From Eledone cirrhosa (taxonomy: Eukaryota), in NCBI GenBank assembly GCA_964016885.1, contig OZ024744.1, positions 76,880,001-76,944,000 on the forward strand: 64,000 nucleotides of DNA, in the 5' to 3' direction. Positions within the stretch are counted from its first letter, which is position 1. Every line of letters starts with the position of its first letter. Under the pieces are notes generated by a model that saw only the letters and a list, made by a program, of their open reading frames with translations, made no database searches and was not told the origin of the DNA. Shown piece by piece: positions 1-13,035 of this stretch. The position numbers and the translations under genes were made by a program.

Positions 1-231
1 GCTGCTGCTGATGATGATGATGTTTTTGGTGATATTGTTTTTGTTGGTGGTGATAGTAGTGGTTGTGGTTTTGGTGGTGGTATGTTTTGAAGGTCGAAAG
101 AAAATAAATATTGCATGGACGTTTTAATTGAATTAAAAAATAAAGAAAACCAAAAAGATGTGTTTTGTGGTTTATGTAAATAATGAATATTGGTTTGTGT
201 TTTTGTGTGTGTGTATGTATGTGTGTGTGTA

Positions 232-245
232 CATATATATATGTG

Positions 246-338
<93 letters not shown>

Positions 339-418
339 CATACGTATATATATACATACATACGTATATATATATAAATACATACGTATATATATGTATA
401 TATATATACATACGTATG

Positions 419-453
<35 letters not shown>

Positions 454-481
454 ACATATATATATGCAAACATACCTTAAC

Positions 482-528
<47 letters not shown>

Positions 529-535
529 TATATAT
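232..535. repeat. (TA)n / (TACA)n compound microsatellite
   Basis: Direct reading; the source of the YI-repeat ORFs. Confidence 0.95.
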
Positions 536-995
536 GTTGTCTCTTATATGTTAAATAAGTTTATTATGTTTTGTTGTTGCTGGAACTTCTTTTTAATTAG
601 ATTTCCTCACATTTATTTATTACAAACCAAAAATTGCGTCTCTATATTGGCTGAACAGAGCCCAGTAGAAAGGCGGGAAAATTGCTTTGCAGTGTTTAGT
701 CATGTCACTTTACATTCGAACTCCAAATTCCAATAGAAATCGATTTTTTACCTTTCAATCTTCTGTGTTAGTGTTAATATAAAATAAGTATGTACCAGTC
801 AAGTATGGGAATCGATTTAATTAATAATCCTCTATAAATGCTGTATGTCTTTGTCACAAACAAGCTATTAGTATTACGAAACTGCGGAAAGTGTGAATAT
901 TAATCCGGACGAGTCTGTAAGCGTCTGGCTCTGTACTCTGCAGGGGTAAGTTCATGTCATCGGAGAGCATCGTGGGACACTGGATCGTTTGTCTG

Positions 996-1194
996 CGGTG
1001 TCGGATTGAGGATATATGAGGACCTGTGTTAGTTAAGTTATGAAATCCTTTTGAACGTTTTACATTTGAAAATCATTTGAAAAATTCCTATTAAAAAATG
1101 TTGTCTTGGGCAGAAAGATGCACCCCCTGCATACTCCTGGTCGACGGGGCCCTGTGTTTAAGCACACCTAAGCACAATGGTAAATCCGGCACGG
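996..1194. mobile_element. hAT-like MITE
   Basis: Imperfect TIRs CGGTGTCGGATT / AATCCGGCACGG and an 8-bp TSD-like pair TTTGTCTG (988-995) / TCTGTCTG (1195-1202). It splits the L1 remnant. Confidence 0.65.
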
Positions 1195-1399
1195 TCTGTC
1201 TGGTTAAGTTGTTCGGGGTCTTCTTTGGTCCTGACATCTAGGTGGATAGTAATAGTAACTAGGATAAGGTAAACAAGCTAGATATTCAGTCTCACCACAA
1301 CCCAGAAATAAGCTGAGAAAATGCTAATTCCGTTAAAATGTCGGGCAAAAGTGGTGGATGTTTACATCGCCTCCCTCAATACCAGGTCCTGACTGACCG

Positions 1400-1620
1400 C
1401 TTCTTCTTTGTACCGGTATCCATCAACACCTCTGGCTTCATTGGTCTCCGCACTGCTGGTTTCCTCCTTAAAGTCGGAAAATCGGCGGTCTGCGTGAGGA
1501 AGGAGCACCATGAGGAAGAAGGGGGGGAGTTGCAACAGGTGCCTCTGACCATTCTTCACGGTAACGCTCTTGCCGTTTTGTTGGTGGGGCGCGGCTGAGG
1601 TACCACTCAGACTGGGACGT
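1400..1620 (+). mobile_element. CRE-clade non-LTR retrotransposon RLE-domain fragment
   Basis: Peptide DRFFFVPVSINTSGFIG...LQQVPLTILHGNA matches the F-VP-AVETSG...FQRISL-I-RGNA pattern of CRE C-termini. Confidence 0.7.
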
Positions 1621-2471
1621 AGTGTGTGTTCCCCCCTCTCACTTTTTTTTTGCTTGATCCTTCTTTCTTTTTCTTCTTTTGATTTTCTTTTTCTTTTCTT
1701 CATTTTCTCTTCCCTTTAGTAGTGTTTTATTTTTATTAGTTACAGCCCAATTATTTTTATATAATGTCAATGGCTTTCCATGACATTGTAAGATTTTATA
1801 TGTTGAATAAATTGTATATTTACCGTTTGGTAATATAGATTTCGTCTTCAAGTTGGCTGATTGAGTTAATATAGAAAACTGTGGTTGCCTGTAGGACGGG
1901 CCCGGCCCGCCTGTTAACCGAATCTATCGTGAAGATTGCCCCCACCGCCCCTCTTTAACAAGGAAGTGCCAGTAGTTTTCCCATTAACTGGTAGCTGTGG
2001 TGAAATAAGCTGTTATGGTAGACAAGGCTGAAGAAACTAAAGACAGTCATTCCTCTTCGGTCAAAATATCATCGATTTTTTTTTTAAGTTTTACTCCCAA
2101 AAAATGAAGAGAGGTGGCCTTCTCCAGTAAATATGTTAAAAGGTCAGTGAAAACAACAGTGAATTAATCTATATTCAGCAGACAGTTGGGGGAGACGGTA
2201 CCCTTATTTGGTGGTCAGGGTAGTCGTGGCTCTATGGGGATCCTCGACTGGTCTTAATTACAGGTACACCTCTATTGGGAGGACTGAATGCCTTATATAT
2301 TTGTATACTATGAATATTTTTACCTCATTCTTATTTTTAATTCCATTTCTATATAAACCCTCACACTTTATGTAACCTGTTTTTTTTTTTTGTAATGAAC
2401 TCTTTCCCCAATACCCCTGACGTAAACAAAAGAAATCATCATCATCATCATCATCATTATTATTATTATTA

Positions 2472-3700
2472 TTGCAGTATCGGTAGAGGGTCGGACGCCA
2501 TGCTTTGCAGCATAGAGTTACGGCCCTTTATCGTCTGAGTTCAAATCCCGCCGAGGTTAACTTTACCTTTAATCCTTACGGGGTCGATAAAATAAAGTAC
2601 CAGTCACGCACTGGGGTCGATTTAATCGACTTTCCCCTCCCCCAAAATTACTGGCATTGTGCCTATATAAGAAACCAGTATTATTATTATTACTATTATT
2701 ATTATTATTCGAGGTTGACTTTGCCTTTCATCCTTACGGGGTCGATAAAATAAAGTACCAGTAATACACTGGATAATTGCTGGCCTTGTGCCAATAGTAG
2801 AAACAATTATTATTATTATTATTATTGTATCGGTAGAGGGTCAGACGTCATGCTTTGCAGCATAGAGTTGCGGGCCTTGCCATTATTGGGATGGGGCAGT
2901 GGGTTGGCAGTATCGGTAGAGCGTCGGACAACATTGTTTGTGGCATATAGTTACGTTCCTTTGCGTTCTAAGTTTAAATCCCGCCAAGGTTAACTTTGTC
3001 TTTCATATCTACAAGGTCAATAAAATAAAGTACCAGTTAAATACTGTGGGCGATACAATCGACAATCATCCACTTTCCTCCAAATATGCTGGTCTTGTGC
3101 CTATAGTAGAAATCATTGCTATTGCTATTATTATCATTAGGATAGGGTGGTGGGTTGGCAGTATCGGTAGAGCGTCGGACAACATTGTTTGTGGCATATA
3201 GTTACGGCCCTTTTATGTTCTGAGTTCAAATCCCGCCGAGGTTAACTTTGCCTTTCATCCTTACGGGGTCGATAAAATAAAGTACCAGTAATGCACTGGG
3301 TAATTTCTGGCCTTGTACCAAAAGTAGAAGCAATTATTATCACTAGGATAGGGTGGTGGGTTGGCAGTATCTGTAGAGCATCGACAGCAGGCTCTGTTGC
3401 ATATAGCTACGTCCCTTTACGTCCTGAGTTTGAATCCCGCCGGGGTTAGCTTTGCCTTTCATATTTACAGGATCGGTGGATTGGCAGTATCGGTAGAGCG
3501 TCAGACACCATGATTTGCAGCATAGAGTTATGGCCCTTTACGTTTTGCGTTCGAATCCCGCCGGGGTTAGCTTTGTCTTTTATATTTACAGCGTCAATAA
3601 AATAAAGTACCACTTAAGTACTGGGGCCGATACAATTGACAATCATCCTATTTCCTCCAAATTTGCTGGCCCTGTGCCAATGCTAGAAAGGATTATTAAC
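2472..3700 (+). mobile_element. Tandem cluster (about 7 full or partial copies) of the major tRNA-derived SINE
   Basis: Repeated A-box (TGGCAGTATCGG) and B-box (GTTCAAATCC) head, conserved core GCCTTTCATCCTTACGGGGTCGATAAAATAAAGTACCAG (resembles the Meta domain, from memory) and (ATT)n tail. Confidence 0.9.
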
Positions 3701-4168
3701 ACTGGTGTCGAGATTGCCGCCGACATTAGTTGAACGCCGAAGAAAATGTTTTTGTTGTTGTTTTTTGGGGATGATAATTAGACTCGCTCCTTTAAGCTCT
3801 AAATTTAAATTCCCACCATATCAACTTTGCCTTTTATCCTTCTGGCGTCACAAAAATAAGTTTCCAGTCAAGTAATAGACTCAATTTAATTGACTATTAT
3901 ACCCTTCCCGTAAACATTGTATCGTTGTGCCAATGTTACATCTCATTTATTACAACAAAAGCAACATGGTGTCCCAGTTAGACAACCTAAGTAAATAAGC
4001 TTTACTATTTTAGCTTGTTTTACAAATACACTTATTTGTCTCGTTGGATGATGATGCCTTTTAAATTTGTATTTATATTTTCTTTTATAAACAGTTCTGT
4101 ATTTCTACGTCAAAACAAATGCACAATCTTGTATATTTACTTAATGAAACATACATATATATACATAC

Positions 4169-4202
<34 letters not shown>

Positions 4203-4835
4203 ATACCTACATACATATATACATACATATATATGTACATATATACATACCTACATATATACATGAATATATACATACCTATATATATATATATATATAT
4301 ACCTATATACATACATCACTACACCGGCAAGTATGGTGAAGGGTATATTTCACTAATGAGGTCAGAATAAGACCGTACATGCCAGAAAATTGAAAATAGT
4401 ATTAGTTATTTACCAATATTGTTTTCTTCTTTTTTTTTGTCGTTGAATTGGTAATTAGCCTTATAATTAATGTTCGATGCATTCGATAATTAAGGCCTCT
4501 TAAATCATGTTAGGCCAGGAATCTACACATAGACGGTCCTTCTCTGTTGTGCAGGCTTGGACAGGGGATTTTATTTTCAATGGAATACCAGCGGTCGCTC
4601 CTCTATGCCAGTCTCCCACCTCCACGCCACCGATGTCGTCCAATGGGAAGGCAAGGATCAATACAATTTGGCACCGGTGGATGTCACAGGCGAACTCAGA
4701 ATGTAATGGGTCGAAACGGATACCGCAAAACATCAAATCCAACGCTCCAACGACTCTGCTAATTTGCCGTCTATATATACTGAAATATACATCCTCACAC
4801 ACACACATGCACACATATATGCTGCATGTATGTAC

Positions 4836-4882
<47 letters not shown>

Positions 4883-5100
4883 TAGATAGACAGATAGATA
4901 GATAGATAGATAAAGATATATGTGTGCATATATATATGTATATATATGTATATCAAAGGTATATATTGAGTTAGAAACTCAAAATAGTCTCTTACAATTA
5001 AATAGCTCAAGGAAAGAGATTTTTCCGAGCCGTGTAATATAATTGAATATAAAAGATACGTATATATATGTGTTTATCTCTCTTTTATATTCAATTATAC

Positions 5101-5149
<49 letters not shown>

Positions 5150-5180
5150 ACATGTATATACACATACATACATCCGTTAC

Positions 5181-5215
<35 letters not shown>

Positions 5216-5638
5216 AATTAATAAAAATAATGAATAAAAACAAAGAAACAGTTCCTTATATTAAAAAATTTATCATTTTACGATCGTTTCTAGGATATAT
5301 ATGTTTGTGTTGGTATGTATATCCCATAGATCTATGTAAAATTTTTACAAACTATCAGAGGGAATATACATACCTACACATATATATGCTGTCTTCAGAA
5401 ATAATGATATTTGTTTATTGAAAAAAACCAACAAAGATTTAATATAATAGGTCTGTTTGGGAACAGGTTTTGAATTGACCAATATAAAGGTAGTAAGTGG
5501 TCAAGAAGGTAGAATAGTAGTTTTCCTGTATTTTTCATCGAAAAAAAAATGTTTAATACATCTCTTTTCATGATATTCGGATTACATTGAGTTCTTCATA
5601 CGGATTGGACACTACCGTACATTTTGGTAGATTTATCT

Positions 5639-5700
<62 letters not shown>

Positions 5701-6080
5701 GTTTTAGACAAGTTGATAACACAACCATAAAATCAAAGAACAAATGTGATTGTATAGTCCACAACAAATCTTTTATAGATAGAGAGTGATATATCAATTT
5801 AATATATGTTTATATTCATTACATGTGTTTCACTCATAATTCTGCTCATAACCATTGACTCATGAATGTGCTTAACTGTTATTGTTTATAATGAGGAAAC
5901 TGCAATTTCGGTGTTCAAAACTATTGTTGCATAATAATTATATAATCTTAAATGGTTTTGAACCGAATTGCGGGCGAAGGATTGATCCTTTCCCATTTTA
6001 TATTCCTTTGTATATCTGTACACACATATTTCATGATTGACTAAACTTACTTTTCATATCAAGCTGCTAAATAATCTATG

Positions 6081-6640
6081 AATGGAAACGCCTTCTCCAT
6101 TCTGTCCGCCGGGGTTGTGGGGCGGCCAGTACGTGGGACCCCATTTGCTCACTATACAGAGAGATGGGAGACGATGGCAGTGGGAGTTCGGTTCTTCCGT
6201 GTTTGGTCACATTGCATCTGTCAAGAGTGTATATTGGTTCCTTCATTCTTTAATCCTCTCCAAGTACCGGTTGCTCTCAGAGAGGTTCGCGATCGTGCCC
6301 TTGGCAGTGGAGACTTCTGGTGTCCTTGGCCCTATGGCTACCTCACTGCTCACCACCATAGGCGCTGAGCTGCCCAGCCGCAGGTGTGAGCCTCGCAAGT
6401 TGGAATGGCTCTTCCAGCGCATCTCCCTTACCATCCTCCGGAGAAACGCCTTCTCCATTTTGTCCGCTGGGGCTGTGGGGTGGCCAGCACGTGGGACCCT
6501 ATTTTCTTACCATACAGAGAGATGGAGAGGGCGAGAGTGTCGGAGGCGTTAACGGTTCCCACCATTACCGCCTCCATCGGCTCTTCCGTGTTCGGACACA
6601 TTTCATCTGTATATTGATTCCTTCATTCTTTAAGTCTTTC
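6081..6640 (+). mobile_element. CRE-clade retrotransposon 3' ends (two tandem 3' fragments)
   Basis: KYRLLSERFAIVPLAVETSGVLGP...WLFQRISLTILRRNAFSILSAG; the 3' UTR is present twice (6085-6252 and 6443-6631). Confidence 0.8.
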
Positions 6641-6949
6641 AGTAAATGAGTACAAGAAGACAAGCAACAATTTAGAAAATTTAGAAAATAAAAACTTACT
6701 TCACATCTATTATAACTATAGTAATATATATTTGTAGTTGTATGGATGCACAGAAGTGCTAAGTTTTATTATACTACTTTTAAAACTGCTTCTGCTTACA
6801 CCTTGTAATTGCTTTTAAATGTACTCACTTTTTGCTTGTTGTTACCTCTTTTTAAAAGATATATATATGAATCTAATCTGTAATATGAAGTTACTTTTTG
6901 CATGTTATAAATATTAATCCTTCTTCCCATTCAAAGGAGGTAAATCCTT

Positions 6950-7320
6950 CATCTGGGACGCGACATGCTGTGACACGTTCTCCGCTTCCAGCTTAGTCGC
7001 CTCGGCCACAAACATCGGTACCGCGGAAGACAAGCAAATACGAGGGGCTTGTCCGGCCGCTTCCTCAGGCGTCTTCGGACCCCGGACAAAATTGGAACAT
7101 CAGCATCCTCTCTGAGGAAGAAGCCCCGCGAGGTGGGGTGGCTGTTACAGCAGGTGTCGCTGGCCATTTTCCGCGGAAAAGCCTTTCCAGTTTTGTCCGC
7201 GTGGAGCAACCAAAACACCGCACTGGCTTAGATGTAAAGTCTGTTACGCTCTCCCCTTCCCACTTCTCTTTCTTCCGTTGCCTAATAGTCCTTGCTCTTT
7301 CCCCCCTTTTCTTCTAATTT
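6950..7320 (+). mobile_element. CRE-clade RLE fragment
   Basis: GKSFIWDATCCDTF-like start and WLLQQVSLAIFRGKAFPVL end. Confidence 0.7.
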
Positions 7321-7328
7321 GTGGCATT

Positions 7329-7563
7329 TATAAAAGACAAAGCTAACCCCGGCGGGATTCGAACGCAAAACGTAAAGGGCCATAACTCTATGCTGCAAAT
7401 CATGGTGTCTGACGCTCTACCGATACTGCCAATCCACCGATCCTGTAAATATGAAAAGCAAAGCTAACCCCGGCGGGATTCAAACTCAGGGCGTAAAGGG
7501 ACGTAGCTATATGCAGCAGAGCCTGCTGTCGATGCTCTACAGATACTGCCAACCCACCACCCT
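7329..7563 (-). repeat. Inverted near-identical copy of the SINE-dimer segment 3350-3584
   Basis: Reverse complement shares private variants and the SINE/SINE junction (catatttacaggatcggtggattgg). Confidence 0.85.
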
Positions 7564-7619
7564 TTCCTTGGATCTCTAAATTTATCCTCTTTGATGTACA
7601 TAGGGTCAGCGCTAGACAT

Positions 7620-7820
7620 AGCTATAAGAAACATACTTATACACCAGGTTCGAACAGAAAGGAACCAAACTCCCACTGTCACTGCCTCCGTCTCTCCCTT
7701 TCTCCCAATCTCTCACTATTATAAGTAAATGGGGCCCCACGCGCTGGCCACGGCGCGCCCCCAGCCGACAGAATAGAGAAGGCGTTTCCCCAGAGAATGG
7801 TGAGGGAAACGCGCTGGAAG
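7620..7820 (-). mobile_element. CRE-clade 3' end fragment
   Basis: Reverse complement ttccagcgcgtttccctcaccattctctggggaaacgccttctct (FQRVSLTILWGNAFS) plus the 3' UTR shared with 6.1-6.6 kb. Confidence 0.75.
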
Positions 7821-7897
7821 CAAACTTTCCTGTACAACTTCCCTCTTTCATTACTTAATTTTTTTTTTATCCTTTTTTTTTTATATTTCCATCACTG

Positions 7898-8495
7898 TCT
7901 GTAAAATATAGTTGACATATGTTTATATTTAACAGATAACAAAATATTTCTAACATTGTATAACATCTGTAAAATATAGTTGACATAATATGTTTATGAC
8001 AGATAACAAAATATTTCTAACATTGTATAACATCTGTAAAATATAGTTGACATATGTTTATATTTAACAGATAACAAAATATTTCTAACATTGTATAACA
8101 TCTGTAAAATATAGTTGACATAATATCTTTATATTTAACAGATAACAAAATATTTCTAACATTGTATAACATCTGTAAAATATAGTTGACATATGTTTAT
8201 ATTTAACAGATAACAAAATATTTCTAACATTGTATAACATCTGTAAAATATAGTTGACATAATATGTTTATGACAGATAACAAAATATTTCTAACATTGT
8301 ATAACATCTGTAAAATATAGTTGACATAATATGTTTATATTTAACAGATAACAAAATATTTCTAACATTGTATAACATCTGTAAAATATAGTTGACATAA
8401 TATCTTTATGTATAACAGATAACAAAATATTTCTAACATTGTATAACATCTGTTTGTAAAATATAGTTGACATGTGTTTATATTTAACAGATAAA
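7898..8495. repeat. Minisatellite, 67-71 bp unit, about 8.7 copies
   Basis: Unit TCTGTAAAATATAGTTGACA(TAA)TATGTTTATATTTAACAGATAACAAAATATTTCTAACATTGTATAACA. Confidence 0.95.
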
Positions 8496-8571
8496 TTAAT
8501 ACAATCAAATAAACAATACAAACCGTAGAAAAAGCGTAATTGATTTCAATACATTTTTAAAATGTTAATTT

Positions 8572-8701
8572 AATTGTTTCTACTTTAGGCACAAGGCCAG
8601 CAATTAACCAGTGCAGGATTTGAACTCAGATCGTAAAGGGACGTAACTATGGTGGAAAGCATGGCGTCCGACCCTCTACCGATACTGCCAATCCACCGCC
8701 C
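8572..8701 (-). mobile_element. tRNA-SINE copy, internally deleted
   Basis: Reverse complement of the SINE head and tail. Confidence 0.8.
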
Positions 8702-9103
8702 AAAATGTTAATTTAATGCACGGAATTTAGCATATAATTCATAAAAAGTTACTATTTTAATGTTAGACAACCACATTTCCGCTGTGTAGTTGAAGACCTA
8801 TGAATCATAATAATACGTCATGTGTAACGGTTAACACTTAAGAATTTACGCACGCACGCTCACACACACACATACACACATGCGCGCGCGCACGCGCACA
8901 CATACACATACACACATGCATTTTCTCTCTATCAGTCATGTCATATTGCTACAAATAACAAGTTCGCTTTCCAGTCATGAAGTCCTGAGTCCTAACCCTA
9001 TATTTGTCCCTGTAAATAGTTATTTTTCCAAAGTTACTCGTATATTAAATAATCCTATATGACATGTGTACCTATATTCAGAATATTTATGTATATAAAT
9101 ATA

Positions 9104-9268
9104 CCGTATTTCCCGGCGCCGAAGACGCTTCGTCCTCGAGGTAGCACCCTAATTTTGACAACCAAAAATTTGAAAAAAAATAATAAACCTTCGGCCTCCA
9201 GAACGCATGGTAGATTTTTTAGACTTATGTTAGGCAAAAAGTAGCGTCTTTGACGCCGGAAAATACGT
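9104..9268 (+). mobile_element. Tc1/mariner-pogo-type MITE
   Basis: TIRs CCGTATTTCCCGGCG / CGCCGGAAAATACGT flanked by TA on both sides; second copy at 58400-58567. Confidence 0.85.
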
Positions 9269-9286
9269 TAGGTATTTTATATTGAA

Positions 9287-10312
9287 CTAGCAGAATGGCC
9301 CGGCGTTGCTTGGGATTTGCTCTAGGGTTCTTAAATATTTGATATATATTTATCCTTATCGAGCCTCGTGAAATAAATACGTTTGTTTATATTTTGTTAT
9401 TGTGTATGTAAAAATATCTGTACACGAATATATAATTAATTATATATATATATTAAAATAACAGATTAAAGTTTAAGCAAAGAATCACTGCTTTCACACT
9501 TAACGGGATCTTCTGAAACTAAAAAAATCAATATGTGAACGCAGAAAATGAATCGCTGCTTTCACCCTTAACGGAATCTTCTACCTAAAAGCAGTATGAA
9601 GTACACTAAGACTAACTGATGTAATCGTTGGCCTTGTTTGTTTATATTTTGTTTTTGTGTATGCAAAAATATCTGCCAGTGATGCATGTGATTATGTAAT
9701 CGCCAGCCTTGTTTGTTTATATTTTGTTTTTGTGGATGCAAAAATATCTGTACACGAATATCTATATTAAAATAATATATTAATGTTTAAGCAAAGAATC
9801 ACTGCTTTCAACCTTAACGGGATCTTCTGAAACTAAAAAAATCAATCTGTGAACGCAGATGTAAATATTTCGAAAAACGTTGCAACCAAAGGAAAACAGG
9901 AAGACGATACTTTGGTTCGTGAAGACGCTCCCTGGCATAAGAATATATATATATATATACACACACTATATATATATACATATATACACACACACACTGA
10001 TCGTGTCATAATGTCGTAATGCAGACAGCCAGGCATACAGACAGATATTATGAAGGCGCGACGTCATATCTATGTATCTATCTAAAAAGAGAAAGAGAAA
10101 GAGATCGCTAAATCGCCTAATAATTTGAATTTTTTGAATAATTTTTTTGAATAATTTTTTGAATAATTTTGAATAATTTGAATTTTTTGCTCAAAACACT
10201 TCCGGGGCCATACGGATTACATGTGTAAAGTTTGAAAAAAAACGGTTGGGTACTTCTCGAGTTTTAGGGAAACAGACACACAGACAGACATCCTCTGTTT
10301 TATATATATAGA
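9287..10312 (-). mobile_element. Non-autonomous Helitron with nested repeats
   Basis: On the minus strand it starts TCTATATATATAAAAC and ends with a CCCAAGCAACGCCGGG hairpin plus CTAG, like 13323-14235. Confidence 0.7.
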
Positions 10313-10780
10313 CTAGCAGAAAACCACCCGGTGGGTGGTTTTCTGCTAGTCGATATATATTTAACACACACACAAACACACAAACACAAATACAGACACA
10401 CACACACATATATATATATACACCCATGTTCATATTTTCAGATGCATTATTCTCAAATCAGATTATTATCTCTGACAGGAAGAACCAGTTTATAATTTTT
10501 AAGAAAAATTAAGCATACAGACATATTTTAGGAAACTTATGAATTCCTGTACACACACACACACACACACACAAACACTTACACAGATACACACAGACAC
10601 ACGCACAGACAGACACACACGCATACAGACACATACACTAACACACACATACCATACACACACTCATACATACGCACATATGCACACACGCTAACACACA
10701 CATACACACTTAAACCTATATATATGTATATATATAGAGAGACACACATAATATACATATATAATATATATACATATATA

Positions 10781-10831
<51 letters not shown>

Positions 10832-11370
10832 CACACACACACATATAACACACACCCATATATAAAATACACACACGCACACACATACACACACACATAT
10901 AACACACACACACATATATAACACACACACGCACACACATACACACACACATACACACACACATATAACACACACACATATAATACACACACACACACGC
11001 ATACACACACATATAACACACACACATATATATATATATATATATTATATGCTCAGCCCCAGTGAGTTGGTTAAAACACCAAAAGCCAGTCTTAAAGTTG
11101 TCGTCTGTAAATTCAAAGAACTCGACTGTGTCTGGCTAGATCTCCATGGTAACTACTCCAAGGTCGCGCGTGCCATGGCTGGGAACGCAGGTGTCACGTG
11201 CTGGCCTAGAACGCTGGTTGTTGGAATCAGTGGTCGACGACATAACATATATATTATATGTGTGTGGAATAGTATAAATATTTCTTCGTATTTACTAACA
11301 TATATATATATATATTATATATTATATATACATACATTATATATATATTATTAATATATTACTTACGTAC

Positions 11371-11417
<47 letters not shown>

Positions 11418-11421
<4 letters not shown>

Positions 11422-12358
11422 CATCATTTATGTAAGTGGAAAGTAAATGACTTATGGAGCCGCAGAAACCCCAACACTGGACTTTAGGGGTCCGGGTGAG
11501 TATAAAACATTTATGCTTTCATATATTTTTATATCTATATATCTGTTTGACCCGAAATAGGAGATCGAATCTTCGCTGTGTGGATAATTAGTTTAACTAC
11601 CATCTCAGTGTGTTTGGGCTTTAACGTAAGTTGTAAGCTCTAATTCTTTTGAATTATTGAGCGCTTGCCTCACAATTCGAAAGTGTTTTTTTAGTTATTT
11701 CATAAGCTGAAATTCGATTCTCGCTAATTTTTACTTGTATTAATCTCCAGAGTCTAGCTATTGGCCAGTTAATTTTATTGACTGGTTTTGGTCTACTCTA
11801 TTGACTGCCGAATAGCTTTGTTATATTTAACCACTCTGTCGAGAGCTTCATTCGATTTGTGATATTTTGCATTTTCGCAATATTATACACAGATGAATTC
11901 ATTCGCCTAATTTAGGTGTTGTCTCCCTTGCTGAACCCCACGTGGGGTCAGTTACAGACACATCTATGTGGTCTTTAGAACTGAATCCCGTTGATAACGC
12001 GTACTCCTAGTTCAGTCAGGATACGAGAAACTTAACATCCTTTATGTAAGTGGACAGTAAATGACTTATGGAGCCGCAGAAACCCCAACACTGGACTTTA
12101 CCATCATTCCAGGGGTCCGGTGAGTATAAAACATTTATGCTTTCATATATTTTATATCTATATATCTGTTTGACCCGAAATAGGAGATCGAATCTTCGCT
12201 GTGTGGATAATTAGTTTAACCACCATCACAGTGTGTTTGGGCTTTAACGTAAGTTGTAAGCTCTAATTCTTTTGAATTATTGAGCGCTTACCTCACAATT
12301 CGAAAGTGTTTTTCCGTTATTTCATAGGCTGAAATTCGATTCTCGCTAATTTTTACTT
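11418..12358 (+). mobile_element. Terminally redundant non-coding element (period ~614 bp) in (TA)n with an HHR-like motif
   Basis: 11418-11736 is repeated at 12032-12358; TTGATAA...stem...GAAA-stem motif at 11988-12057. Confidence 0.65.
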
Positions 12359-12509
12359 ATATATATATATATTTATTAAAATAAAAGATTAAAGTTTAAG
12401 CAAAGAATCGCTGCTTTCACCCTTAACGGGATCTTCTGAAACTAACCAATATATATATATATATATATATTCCTGGTGATTTCTCAAGAATGAAACAGTT
12501 CTAGTCTAT

Positions 12510-12722
12510 ATATATATATTACACACACAGAAATGTATATATATTTCTGTGTGTGTATATATATATATTACACACACAGAAATGTATATATATTTCTGTG
12601 TATATATATATATATATATTACACACACAGAAATGTATATATATTTCTGTGTGTATATATATATATTTCTGTGTGTATATATATATATATATTACACACA
12701 CACAGAAATGTATATATATTTC
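12510..12722. repeat. Quasi-palindromic minisatellite (ACACACAGAAATGTATATATATTTCTGTGTG units)
   Basis: Direct reading; about 4 units. Confidence 0.8.
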
Positions 12723-12842
12723 TTAGAACAAAATTATTATTAATGTTTTACTGTTCATAACAATTGGAATTGAAAAATTACTTTTGAAATTATTAGTTAT
12801 TTTACTAATGCTTAGATATGTAAAAATGAAGCAATGTTTCTA

Positions 12843-13035
12843 ATAATTGTTTCTTCTTTTGGCACAAGGCCAGCAATTACTCAGTACATTACTGGTACTT
12901 TATTTTATCGACCCCGTGAGGATGAAAGGCAAAGTTAACCTCAGCGGTATTTGAACTCAGACCGTAAAGGGACGTAACTCCATGCTATGAAGCATGGTGT
13001 CCGACTCTCTACAGATTCTGCCAATCCACCGCCCT
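12843..13035 (-). mobile_element. tRNA-SINE copy
   Basis: Full reverse complement of the major SINE. Confidence 0.9.

Larger units (their letters stand above)
870..2435 (+). mobile_element. Degenerate L1/Tx1-like LINE 3' remnant (post-RT region and 3' UTR), interrupted by a MITE and a CRE fragment
   Basis: Translated fragments (NPDESV..., SESIVGHW, VKLFGVFFGPDI, LLTESIVKIAP) align by eye with NPDKSVG..SDSVVGRW..VKLLGVWYGPDL and LSAESIVRIKPP of the 30.7-38 kb element. The 3' end cccctgacgtaaacaaaagaaa resembles that element's cccctgtggcaaataaagaaa. Confidence 0.7.

Noticed and set aside
158-736. Long YI/CV/HT/RE/poly-K ORFs across the window (e.g. 25133-26087, 38150-38509, 51939-52958)
   Set aside because: They are stop-free translations of microsatellites, not genes.
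2472-3700. tRNA genes suggested by A/B boxes
   Set aside because: No complete cloverleaf; the boxes are heads of multi-copy SINEs.
4345-4390. HHR-like CTAATGA-GGTC..GACC motif (similar weak case at 5885-5935)
   Set aside because: G5 and GAAA are both broken; too degenerate to call, though possibly a relic.
7898-8495. Regular repeat array resembling CRISPR
   Set aside because: Contiguous tandem units with no unique spacers, no cas genes, eukaryotic context.
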